DNA of 64,000 nucleotides from contig CAWHDP010000002.1 of assembly GCA_963828125.1 (NCBI GenBank), forward strand, positions 384,001-448,000. The letters are read 5' to 3'. Under the pieces are notes generated by a model. It saw only the letters and a program-made list of their open reading frames with translations, did not search any database and was not told where the DNA came from. Positions 1 through 8,435 of this stretch are shown here, one piece after another; within the stretch, counting starts at the first letter, position 1, and each line of letters starts with the position of its first letter. The DNA is from an uncultured Chlamydiae bacterium. GTDB taxonomy: Bacteria > Chlamydiota > Chlamydiia > Chlamydiales > SM23-39. The position numbers were made by a program, and so were the translations under genes.

Positions 1-3
1 CGA

Positions 4-32
4 TTGCAAAAGGCGCTCAACTTTGCTACGAT
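4..32 (+). promoter_or_regulatory. sigma66/sigma70-type promoter
   Basis: TTGCAA (4-9), 17-nt spacer, TACGAT (27-32), upstream of the ATG at 77. Confidence 0.45.
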
Positions 33-76
33 TATGGCCCCGATTACTGGTCTAGACGGACAGCCCCCATTCTGTT

Positions 77-937
77 ATGAAAATTGTCTTTTTCTTTGTT
101 TTTACTGCGAGCCTCTTTGCCACGGTGAACGAGCCGCTTCGGTGTCAGCTTTTTTCGGGCTACCGGAATGACCGGATCCATTGGCACTTGGAGGAGCCCG
201 AGGGGGGGAGGCTCACCTACAGCGAAATCTATCGGGACGTTGAGTATTGGGAAAACGGCCTTGCCTTCAAAGTGATCTATCGGGATCTCACATTTTTCCT
301 CTCTGGCGCCTATGGAACCTTTGGGCGGGGGACCGTCTATCAGCGATATGCCGATTTCCCCTCCCGCTTCCATTTCAAGACCGATGGGTGGAGCGCCGAC
401 GGAACCGGCTATTTTGGCTACGCCGTCAATTTGACGGCAGACCGGACTTATAAAATACTCCTCACGCCTCTGATCGGCTACTCGGGCCATTTTGAAGACC
501 TCAGTAGAAAAGGGGGCTCTTTCGCCTCCAGTCTGCCTGGCGTTTTCCGCCTTGTATGGAATGGATTTTTATTCGGCGGGGGGCTGACTTTCGAACCGGG
601 AGGATCTCTGAACCTTCATATCGGCTACTCCTATCACAGGATCCATAATCGGATGCAAACAATGATCCAAAACGGGCTTGATGGCGCCTCTCTCCGGCAA
701 TCGGTCAAAACGAGTTCCGGCGGAAACAGCGGCCAAACGGGATGGGCCCAGCTCGATTGGCTGCTCAGCAGATTCTGGCGGCTGGGGGTCGGCGGCCAGA
801 TCCACTATTTTTCAACGCGGGTCGTCAATGCCGCCGTTCAAGAAAAGAGCGTAGAAGGGAAAGATCAATATCTGCAACGGTTCAAGCTCCGCTGGACCCC
901 GTTCTCCGCTTGGGCTCAGATTTCGAGGACGTTTTGA
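77..937 (+). CDS. Outer-membrane beta-barrel protein, Protochlamydia Pom/omptin-like
   Basis: Signal peptide, alternating aromatic beta-strands (GYRNDRIHW, LTPLIGYS, WNGFLFGGGL), C-terminal Phe. Confidence 0.55.
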   Translation: MKIVFFFVFTASLFATVNEPLRCQLFSGYRNDRIHWHLEEPEGGRLTYSEIYRDVEYWENGLAFKVIYRDLTFFLSGAYGTFGRGTVYQRYADFPSRFHFKTDGWSADGTGYFGYAVNLTADRTYKILLTPLIGYSGHFEDLSRKGGSFASSLPGVFRLVWNGFLFGGGLTFEPGGSLNLHIGYSYHRIHNRMQTMIQNGLDGASLRQSVKTSSGGNSGQTGWAQLDWLLSRFWRLGVGGQIHYFSTRVVNAAVQEKSVEGKDQYLQRFKLRWTPFSAWAQISRTF

Positions 938-1674
938 ATCCTATACCCAAAGACCAGCTCATCATGGGCGTGCATCCAATCGATGAACTGCTCCGCCATG
1001 CGCCAGAGAAGATCATCCGCATTTTCACCCTATCTTCTAAAAAATCGGACATTTTAAGACGGTGCGAGCAAAAAAATATCCCCATTTCTTCCGTCTCAGC
1101 CGATCAGCTCGGCAAAATGACCGGCTCGGACTCTCACCAAATGCTTGTGGCCCAGATTCAACGGCGCAATTATTTAGACGTCGCCGCCTTCCTCGAAGAG
1201 GCGGAGGAACATTCTTTGGTCCTGATGCTCGATCAGATCTTCGATCCCCAAAATTTTGGAGCCCTAATCCGAAGCGCAGAGTGTTTTGGCGCTGCAGCCA
1301 TTGCCTGGTCGAAAAATCGGGGATCCGATCTCACCCCCGTCGCCGCCAAAGCAAGCTGCGGCGCTAGCGAATGGATGCCCCTGATCCGGATCTCGAATCT
1401 AGCGAACGGGGTCGATCAATTCAAAAAGGGGGGATTTGAGGCGGTAGCGGCCGTTCTAGATCCATCTTCTGAATCAGCCTATACGTTTGCCTATGCGCCG
1501 AGAACAGTCCTCATCGTCGGATCGGAAGGGGAGGGGATTCAACCATTGTTGAGGAAAAAAGCCGACCGCTCCATCTATTTGCCGATGCAAGGGAAGATCG
1601 CCTCTCTCAACGTCGCCCAAGCCACCGCCGCCTTATTGGCGCTTAGGGGCCGGTCCCTTGGGCCACGGCAGTGA
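934..1674 (+). CDS. rlmB: SpoU/TrmH-family RNA 2'-O-methyltransferase (RlmB-like)
   Basis: Motifs LDQIFDPQNFGALIRSAECFG, GSEGEGI and SLNVAQA. Likely TTG start at 934, overlapping the upstream TGA. Confidence 0.8.
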   Translation: MNPIPKDQLIMGVHPIDELLRHAPEKIIRIFTLSSKKSDILRRCEQKNIPISSVSADQLGKMTGSDSHQMLVAQIQRRNYLDVAAFLEEAEEHSLVLMLDQIFDPQNFGALIRSAECFGAAAIAWSKNRGSDLTPVAAKASCGASEWMPLIRISNLANGVDQFKKGGFEAVAAVLDPSSESAYTFAYAPRTVLIVGSEGEGIQPLLRKKADRSIYLPMQGKIASLNVAQATAALLALRGRSLGPRQ

Positions 1675-1941
1675 AATACTCGTCTGTCCGTGCCCGGCAA
1701 GCCATGCAGCGATATCGATTTCTAAAATTTTTGCTTGGCTAACGATCTCCATCAGCTCGTCCCAATTTTTCGCAATTGAGGCGTCGTCGATTAAAACTAA
1801 AACTTGATTGTAATAAGCGTCCTCTAAATCTATCATCCCTTCATCCACGCAACGGGATAAATTAATGTTTATTGCTTTCAGGTTTTCAACAGTATCACCC
1901 TTAGCCTCAAGAAATTCGAGTAAATTTTCACCTTTTGCCAT
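1633..1941 (-). CDS. Hypothetical acidic helical protein (102 aa)
   Basis: Clean ORF with an AGAGG RBS-like sequence; convergent overlap with rlmB. Confidence 0.6.
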   Translation of the reverse strand: MAKGENLLEFLEAKGDTVENLKAININLSRCVDEGMIDLEDAYYNQVLVLIDDASIAKNWDELMEIVSQAKILEIDIAAWLAGHGQTSISLPWPKGPAPKRQ

Positions 1942-2064
1942 AGCGATTTTCCGCCTCTTAAACTCATCCTAACACGATAATATTTTTTTATGGTTAAAAT
2001 TAATGTCCGAAAGATGTATAATTCTCCTGAAACACGAAACAAAACACCAATTTTAGGAGACATT

Positions 2065-2424
2065 ATGTCAGCAATTAATAACAATAGCAGCTGGTTCACC
2101 CCGAAAACTGCAGCAGTGAGCGCAGGAGTGACCATAGCTGCTGTAGGCGTAGCAGCTCTTGCACACAAAGTTTATGACCTTGGCAGCGTTGCTAGCGGCG
2201 CATTCGCCACAGCTCAACAAACCTTTGGGATTGGTCATGCAATCAATGGAACAGCATGGGCAGCTTCTACCGCCTACTCATACGTTCCATCTGTGACGCT
2301 TGCCGGAATTGGATCTGGCCTTACATCTATCGCGCTCGGTTTGGCTTATACCTCAACAGCTGTGTGTCTGACTGCAGCCGTAGTTTTCGCCATGAAAGAT
2401 TGCTATAACAAATGCAAAGGATAA
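2065..2424 (+). CDS. Small Ala/Thr/Gly-rich membrane protein (Inc-like or other secreted candidate)
   Basis: AGGAGA RBS before the ATG at 2065; polar N-terminus MSAINNNSS; two hydrophobic segments; own terminator. Confidence 0.6.
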   Translation: MSAINNNSSWFTPKTAAVSAGVTIAAVGVAALAHKVYDLGSVASGAFATAQQTFGIGHAINGTAWAASTAYSYVPSVTLAGIGSGLTSIALGLAYTSTAVCLTAAVVFAMKDCYNKCKG

Positions 2425-2451
2425 CTCTCAAGAGCTGCGCTCTTAAGAGTC

Positions 2452-2484
2452 AAAAAACCTCGGGGCCTCCTCCGAGGTTTTTTT
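2452..2484. terminator. Bidirectional rho-independent terminator
   Basis: AAAAAACCTCGG-loop-CCGAGGTTTTTTT between convergent genes, preceded by a second hairpin at 2424-2450. Confidence 0.8.
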
Positions 2485-2535
2485 ATATATACAACATAAC
2501 ATGTATTATCAGACGTTGAATAGAGGGGCTCGACC

Positions 2536-3342
2536 CTACCAGTAATCAAAATTCTGCTCCGCGTCTTCCTCTTGCATCCGTTCAGCCTCTCGATTGATTT
2601 GATCCTTCCCTTTTATCTGATCGTAGTCGTCCTGCGTCGTCCCCACCAATGTTCCATTTTTAAACGTCAGGGGGATTTTCTTGACCAGGCCCTTCTTTTT
2701 TTTCGGAGCGACCTCATAGAACCAGAAGTCATATTGATCCCCTCCGATCGACAAGCTTTCTTGATCTTCAGTAGATCCGAGGAGTTTCGCTACCTCCTCT
2801 TCAGACATCCCCTTCCGGACTTGCATGAAATTTTTTTCGGTCACTCCGAGAGGCGTCTTCGGAATAGGGGCATTTAGGGAAGTTTCTTTAGGCAAGGTCT
2901 TTGTGGGGGTCGATTTCAACGCCTGCTCAAATTCTTGATCTTCCACCTCTTGGCTTTTTTTCTGCTCAGATTGCGATGCAGGGGCGGCAGATTCGGCGGC
3001 CTGCTCTTTCATCGCGTAGTAATACCAACTGTATCCTGTTCCAACCAAAATCCCATTTTTGAAGGTTAAAGGGGTCAGGTTCTGCGGGACCATCCGCGAT
3101 TGATCGAGAACTGAGGTGCGGGTGACATAAAACCAGACGTCGTAAATGTCGTCGCCTACCTGAAAAGACTCATAGCTATACGGTTTATGCATGATCTGAA
3201 TGACCTCTCGTTCATTCATCCCTTTTCGAATCCGGGCAAGATGGTATTGAGCGTTATAAGCAACCGATTCGTATTCCAAGCCGTTATTCGAGAGACAGCC
3301 AGTTGTGCAAACAGTCAATGGAATCAGCCAATAATGCTTCAT
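2536..3342 (-). CDS. Lipoprotein with two BamE/SmpA (DUF3192-like) domains
   Basis: MKHYWLIPLTVCTTGC lipoprotein signal; duplicated motif (I/V)RKGMxExEV...YDxWFY...PLTFKNGxLVG. Confidence 0.65.
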   Translation of the reverse strand: MKHYWLIPLTVCTTGCLSNNGLEYESVAYNAQYHLARIRKGMNEREVIQIMHKPYSYESFQVGDDIYDVWFYVTRTSVLDQSRMVPQNLTPLTFKNGILVGTGYSWYYYAMKEQAAESAAPASQSEQKKSQEVEDQEFEQALKSTPTKTLPKETSLNAPIPKTPLGVTEKNFMQVRKGMSEEEVAKLLGSTEDQESLSIGGDQYDFWFYEVAPKKKKGLVKKIPLTFKNGTLVGTTQDDYDQIKGKDQINREAERMQEEDAEQNFDYW

Positions 3343-3392
3343 AGAAGTCCCCACGCCATACACTTGATCCATACTGGAATGGAGAGCGGATG

Positions 3393-4319
3393 TCAAGACC
3401 CGTTTTGATCTTCTCTCTCTTTTTTAAACCAAAACCCCTTCCGTTTCTTTTTTCGGACCAAAATAGCGCGCCTTGGTTCCGGGGTGAACGGGATCCCTGG
3501 CAGCACGATCGATTCGACCCGTTTAGGGAGCAGCTTTTCCTCTTTTCCAGATCCAGGCCGCGATGCGCTGGGCTGAACCTCGGCCTCCATCCCAACCCCC
3601 TTTTTTTTCTCAGGGGGCCAATCTACTTTCTGAGACGTTGCGAGCAGCGGCTTTTTTTTCCTAAGGAGGAGGGGAGCGCTGGGGTGTGGCAAACGGGACG
3701 GGGGCCTCTCCGGCTCACATTTAGTAGATTGGAGTACGATCTCTTCGCGCATAGAGCGTGGAATAGCAGGTCGAATCGAAGGGGGGGCGAACTCCAAGCT
3801 TTGCGCAATCGATGCGATGATGCGATCGAGGCCGGGCCTCAACTTATTCAACACAATGCGGAGCGGGGTTGACTGGGGAGCTTGTAGATACGTTGAGTTG
3901 GCCAGCTCGCCAATGGCCTCCTGCACCTGGGCAATCAGTTTCTGCGCCTGGACAGGCAATTTCTGCGCCTGGGCAGCCAACCGATGTTCTTCCGGATGCG
4001 AGACAGGTTTTTCTAACTGGCCCTCGGGCGCTGTCACCGCGGCTGGCTGAATCCCCTCCCCCTCTTCCTGCGGCGGCAGCTCCAGCATCAACTCCTCCAC
4101 CTCCCTTTGCAATGCTTTGAGGATCCGTACCGGCTGTCGGATCGGCGATGGAGACAACCCATCTTGCGCTTCAGAGGGCGGGATAGTGAACCGGTTTTTT
4201 AAAAACAATGAAGCTGGCACTATCTTCAGATGAAGAGTGAGAGTGAGCGGAGCCAACGCGGCAACTAACCGAGTCAGAAGATCTTGCGCTTTGGCCCATT
4301 CAACAGGATTCAGGTTCAT
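3393..4319 (-). CDS. Hypothetical Pro-rich protein with a basic C-terminus
   Basis: 308-aa ORF, co-oriented with the lipoprotein gene. Confidence 0.55.
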   Translation of the reverse strand: MNLNPVEWAKAQDLLTRLVAALAPLTLTLHLKIVPASLFLKNRFTIPPSEAQDGLSPSPIRQPVRILKALQREVEELMLELPPQEEGEGIQPAAVTAPEGQLEKPVSHPEEHRLAAQAQKLPVQAQKLIAQVQEAIGELANSTYLQAPQSTPLRIVLNKLRPGLDRIIASIAQSLEFAPPSIRPAIPRSMREEIVLQSTKCEPERPPSRLPHPSAPLLLRKKKPLLATSQKVDWPPEKKKGVGMEAEVQPSASRPGSGKEEKLLPKRVESIVLPGIPFTPEPRRAILVRKKKRKGFWFKKEREDQNGS

Positions 4320-4386
4320 AAGTTAAAAAAATCGTAGTTGACAACATCGTAGAATAAGGAGACATTGAAAACAACATATTTGATTT

Positions 4387-5190
4387 TTGATGTCAATAGA
4401 GTTGATTGCGTTTATCTTTTTTTTTACCGGGCTTCTGAGCGGTTTACTTGGCGGCTTGCTGGGAATTGGGGGAGGGATGGTCACCGTCCCTATTCTCTAT
4501 TACACATTTTTACATGCCGGGATCGCTCCAGAAAAAATGATGCACCTCGCCGTCGGAACATCTCTTGCCGCCGCCTTTGTCACCTCGCTGACCTCCGCGC
4601 TGATTCAGATCAACAAAAAAGCGATCCGGCTCGCGACGTTCAGGCTGATGGTTCCCACTTTGATTTTGGGAGGGGTGGCTGGATCGGTCACTGCCCACGA
4701 TTTGTCGAGCCGTGTTTTGACAGTTGTTTTCGGATCGATGGCCCTTCTCCTCGGCTCCATTTTTTGTTTCCCTAAGATCCCAAACCTCCATATCGCTCAT
4801 GCCCCAAATCGGAGCCTGTCCCTATTTGCCCTACTCATTGGATTTCTCTCGAGCCTGCTTGGAATCGGCGGCGGGTCGATCGCCTTTCCGATCCTCCTCG
4901 GGTATCATCTTCCCCCTCAAAATGCGTCGGCCACCGCATCGGTTTCAACCGTCATCACAACCTTCATCGGATCGATCACGTTCCTCATCATCGCCTGGCA
5001 CACCCCGCATCATCCCCACACCTTCGGATATATCCAGCTCCCCGCCTTTTGCATCCTGAGCCTCGGCTCTATTTGCGCTTGCCCATTCGGAGTCAAGTTA
5101 TCGCGGATTCTTCCGACAGCCCATATCAAGCAGATCTTTGGAGGATGCCTATTGCTGGTTGGATTGGGAATGCTATACTGCGGCCAGTAG
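4387..5190 (+). CDS. TauE/SafE (TSUP) family sulfite/anion exporter
   Basis: Duplicated GLLGIGGG motifs, AVGTSLA, about 8 TM segments. Confidence 0.85.
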   Translation: MMSIELIAFIFFFTGLLSGLLGGLLGIGGGMVTVPILYYTFLHAGIAPEKMMHLAVGTSLAAAFVTSLTSALIQINKKAIRLATFRLMVPTLILGGVAGSVTAHDLSSRVLTVVFGSMALLLGSIFCFPKIPNLHIAHAPNRSLSLFALLIGFLSSLLGIGGGSIAFPILLGYHLPPQNASATASVSTVITTFIGSITFLIIAWHTPHHPHTFGYIQLPAFCILSLGSICACPFGVKLSRILPTAHIKQIFGGCLLLVGLGMLYCGQ

Positions 5191-5301
5191 TTCAGTCCCC
5201 TTCGGGGCCTGAACTACTGCGGCCACCCCCAAAGTGTGAATTTGGGGTGGCCGCAGTATATTTATTGAACTGGAAATGGGCCATTGGCGAAAGATGGCGT
5301 G
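5174..5301. repeat. Mosaic of palindromic repeats (B half 5174-5186, C 5187-5217, B 5215-5260, D-like 5269-5301)
   Basis: The units recur at 30531, 31521, 37272, 57092 and 59549. Confidence 0.85.
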
Positions 5302-5306
5302 GCGGA

Positions 5307-5504
5307 TTAATCCCAACGGCGAGATTTTTTTTTCTCCCTTGCCCGATTTTGCTTAATCTGGAAATCGACTTCCGCATCGTCGAGCCAAACAATCACCGCC
5401 CTATACAGATTTTTCCCCTGTTCAATGAGCATCCGGTCGTGGCCTGAAGTCATCGCCCACAGATATGCGCCGAAGAGGAGGATCGCCCAAAGCAATTTTC
5501 TCAT
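5307..5504 (-). CDS. Small membrane-anchored hypothetical protein (65 aa)
   Basis: N-terminal TM segment, basic C-terminus; divergent from the PKS gene. Confidence 0.55.
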   Translation of the reverse strand: MRKLLWAILLFGAYLWAMTSGHDRMLIEQGKNLYRAVIVWLDDAEVDFQIKQNRAREKKKSRRWD

Positions 5505-5573
5505 TCATCTGGAGCCTAACAAAAAATACGATTTTATTTGCTTATAAAATGAAGATCTGGGTAGCTTTGTCCT

Positions 5574-6671
5574 ATGTTTCTCACTGATTTTCAACTGATT
5601 CGGCCTCGCTTTGAATCGAAGCAGGAAGATACTCTCGATTGGCTCGTCGAAGCCCATGTGAAGGCTGAAGGGGATGAGGCGTTTCGCCCCGTTATCAAGG
5701 AGAAACTTTGGCATGTGGGATGCAAACCAGACCGGATTGCGAAAAGAGGTCATATCCTGCCCGATTTCAACCATTTGGACTGGGAGAAAATGGAGCTTTA
5801 TCGCCTTCACGAATCGCCGAGCGGCAAGGATCTCTCTGCCCGCACAAAAATCTTTCAGACCGAGGTAGATCAAATCTTCGAACAATATTATCCTGAAACA
5901 GCGGGCCAGCCAAACGATCTGATCCACGTGAGCTGTACGGGATATGTCTCGCCGAGCGGAGCGCAAAAAATCGTCTCGAAGAGGGGGTGGGGGCGATCGA
6001 CCCATGTGACTCATGCTTATCATATGGGCTGCTACGGTTCTATCCCCGCTATTCGGATGGGTTCCGGCTTTTTGTCTTCAGGCGTCGATAAAAAACAGGT
6101 TGATATTGTCCACACCGAACTCTGTTCCCTCCATTCCAATCCTGCGAACCATCAACTAGACCAGCTCGTCTCTCAGAGCCTCTTTGCCGACGGATTTATG
6201 AAATATTCGATGTTGCAAAGCCCCCATGGCCCTTCCATAAAAGTCTTAGCGCTGCGCGAAGAGATCATCCCCAATTCGACCCAAGCGATGACGTGGGACG
6301 TGATTGAATGGGGTTTCGAAATGAAATTGGCCAAGGAGGTCGCGGTATTGATCACCCGTCATTTAAAGGCTTATCTAAGCCGCCTCTGCACACATCCGAT
6401 TCCCCCCAACACCCTCTTCGCCGTCCATCCCGGAGGCCCAAAAATTCTCTTGCATGTGCAGGAGCTTCTTCAGCTTAGAGACGACCAGATGCGCTTCAGT
6501 TTTCAAGTATTGAAAGAATACGGGAATATGTCTTCAGCGACTCTCCCCCACATTTGGGATAAAATATTGCGGGATCCTTCGATCCCCTCACATACCCCCG
6601 TCATAAGCCTTGCCTTCGGGCCGGGCCTCACAATCGCAGGGGCGTTGATGGAGAAAATATGTGGCTCTTAG
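5574..6671 (+). CDS. Type III polyketide synthase (chalcone/stilbene synthase-like)
   Basis: Catalytic triad Cys (HMGCYG), His (VHPGGPKIL) and Asn (YGNMSSAT); also HVSCTG, LFADG and AFGPGLT. Confidence 0.92.
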   Translation: MFLTDFQLIRPRFESKQEDTLDWLVEAHVKAEGDEAFRPVIKEKLWHVGCKPDRIAKRGHILPDFNHLDWEKMELYRLHESPSGKDLSARTKIFQTEVDQIFEQYYPETAGQPNDLIHVSCTGYVSPSGAQKIVSKRGWGRSTHVTHAYHMGCYGSIPAIRMGSGFLSSGVDKKQVDIVHTELCSLHSNPANHQLDQLVSQSLFADGFMKYSMLQSPHGPSIKVLALREEIIPNSTQAMTWDVIEWGFEMKLAKEVAVLITRHLKAYLSRLCTHPIPPNTLFAVHPGGPKILLHVQELLQLRDDQMRFSFQVLKEYGNMSSATLPHIWDKILRDPSIPSHTPVISLAFGPGLTIAGALMEKICGS

Positions 6672-7165
6672 CCGTCCTCCCCTTCGCCCTGCAAGCTGTC
6701 GGGATGGTTTTCGATGAGGGCTATTTTCATATCCGGCGGGGGCTGCCCAGATGGGAGAGGATCGGCCATCCGATCGATACGGGCAGCGTCCTCATTTGCA
6801 TGGCGTTCGTCCTCTTCGTCCCTTTTTCCGCAACCGCTCTCGCCGTCTATATCGCGCTGGCTTCGTTTTCCTCGATCCTTGTCACCAAAGACGAGTTCGT
6901 TCACAAAGAACACTGCCCCGCGACTGAAAATTGGCTCCACGCTGTCTTATTCACCCTCCATCCGGTCGCTCTCTCCTCAGCTGGCTTCATGTGGCCCGTC
7001 GTGCAAAACATCGAGGTGGCCCCCTGGATCGCCAGATGGCTCGATCGTCCAGACGCGCTCCGCTTTTTTTTACAAATGCAATTTGGGACGATGTGCCTGT
7101 TCCTCGTCTATCAGATCTTTTTTTGGAATATAATATGGAAAAACAAACCGGTCGTCAAACAATAA
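6659..7165 (+). CDS. Integral membrane protein with paired DE..H / E...H motifs
   Basis: About 5 TM segments; DEGYFH...WERIGHP and KDEFVH...TENWLH; overlaps both the PKS and methyltransferase genes. Confidence 0.7.
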   Translation: MWLLAVLPFALQAVGMVFDEGYFHIRRGLPRWERIGHPIDTGSVLICMAFVLFVPFSATALAVYIALASFSSILVTKDEFVHKEHCPATENWLHAVLFTLHPVALSSAGFMWPVVQNIEVAPWIARWLDRPDALRFFLQMQFGTMCLFLVYQIFFWNIIWKNKPVVKQ

Positions 7166-7878
7166 ACAACGATTTTTACGAAGAACTTTCGGAGGGGTGG
7201 TATACAGCCTCCGACCATCCGATCGCCCTTCTCAGAGCCGAAAACAGGGTCCGCGTCCCCTGGATCATCGGTGAAATCGGCCGGAACAAAACTGTCTTAG
7301 ACGTCGGCTGCGGCGCTGGCATCCTCGCAAACGCCCTCTCTTTGGCAGGGCACCAAGTCTTTGCGATCGACCTCTCTGTTTCAAGTCTTGAAGCGGCCCA
7401 AAAACACGATGTGACCCATCGAGTCGCCTACCAGATCGCCAATGCCTATTCCCTCCCCTATCCAGACAGCTCTTTCGACGTGGTTTGCGCCATGGACGTC
7501 CTCGAACACGTCGAAGAACCGAATCTCCTCATCTCTGAAGCGAGCCGCGTTTTAAAGCCCGGCGGTCTTTTTTTCTTCCACACCTTCAATCGGAATGTTT
7601 TGAGCTATTTCCTCATCATCAAAGGGGTCGAATGGTGCGTGCCGAACACCCCTAAAAACATGCACATCTATCCCCTCTTCATCAAACCGGGCGAACTCAA
7701 AGAAATGTGCGCCGAAAAAGATCTTGAAATCGTCCAACTCAGAGGATTTACTCCTGAAATTTTCTCCCGCCCTTTTTGGAAAATGGTGACGCAGAGAAAA
7801 GTCCCCCCCGATTTTACCTTTCGCTTTTCAAAAAATCTGGCAACAGGCTATTGTGGATATGCAAAAAAGTTAACTTGA
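7135..7878 (+). CDS. ubiG: UbiG-like SAM-dependent O-methyltransferase
   Basis: VLDVGCGAG, FDVVCAMDVLEHV, LKPGGLFFFHTFNRN, H..xFIKPxEL. Start placed at the ATG at 7135. Confidence 0.75.
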   Translation: MEKQTGRQTINNDFYEELSEGWYTASDHPIALLRAENRVRVPWIIGEIGRNKTVLDVGCGAGILANALSLAGHQVFAIDLSVSSLEAAQKHDVTHRVAYQIANAYSLPYPDSSFDVVCAMDVLEHVEEPNLLISEASRVLKPGGLFFFHTFNRNVLSYFLIIKGVEWCVPNTPKNMHIYPLFIKPGELKEMCAEKDLEIVQLRGFTPEIFSRPFWKMVTQRKVPPDFTFRFSKNLATGYCGYAKKLT

Positions 7879-7885
7879 GGATCGA

Positions 7886-8395
7886 ATGGCCCAAACCAAT
7901 TTTAAAGGACAACCTGTCCACACCGAAGGGAACCTTCCCCCTATCCACACTAAAGTCCCCGATTTTAGGCTCATCGACCGAGACCTCAAAGAGAGAACCC
8001 TCCACGAATTCCAAGGGAAAAGGAAGCTCGTAGCGACCGTTCCGAGTTTAGACACCCCCCTCTGCAGCACGATGACCAAGCACGTGAACGATTTCGCCAA
8101 AAAACATAGCGATTTTGTCTTCCTCACCATTTCTGCCGATTTGCCGTTTGCCCAAAAACGGTTTTGCGAGCAAGAGGCGGTTCATAATGTGATCATCCTC
8201 TCGATGATGCGAAACAAAGACTTTGGCAAGGCTTACGGCCTTTTAATCCAAGACGGGCCGCTCGCCGGATTGCTCGCTAGATCGCTTTTTGTACTCGACG
8301 AAAAAGATCATCTTCTCTATTTCGAGCTTGTCCCTGAGATCTCTCAAGAGCCCAACTACCACAAAGCGTTTGAATTTTTACAAGGACATCGATAA
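7886..8395 (+). CDS. tpx: Thiol peroxidase (atypical 2-Cys peroxiredoxin)
   Basis: VPSLDTPLCS, ISADLPFAQKRFC, GPLAGLLARS, EPNY. Confidence 0.92.
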   Translation: MAQTNFKGQPVHTEGNLPPIHTKVPDFRLIDRDLKERTLHEFQGKRKLVATVPSLDTPLCSTMTKHVNDFAKKHSDFVFLTISADLPFAQKRFCEQEAVHNVIILSMMRNKDFGKAYGLLIQDGPLAGLLARSLFVLDEKDHLLYFELVPEISQEPNYHKAFEFLQGHR

Positions 8396-8435
8396 TCGTT
8401 TTCGGAAAAGGGGAGATATGGCATCATGACGGACT

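Noticed and set aside
742..933. N-terminal extension of the rlmB-like ORF
   Set aside because: It overlaps the preceding barrel gene; family similarity begins near 934
6931..7134. N-terminal extension of the UbiG-like ORF
   Set aside because: It lies within the membrane-protein gene; the ATG at 7135 gives a normal-length methyltransferase
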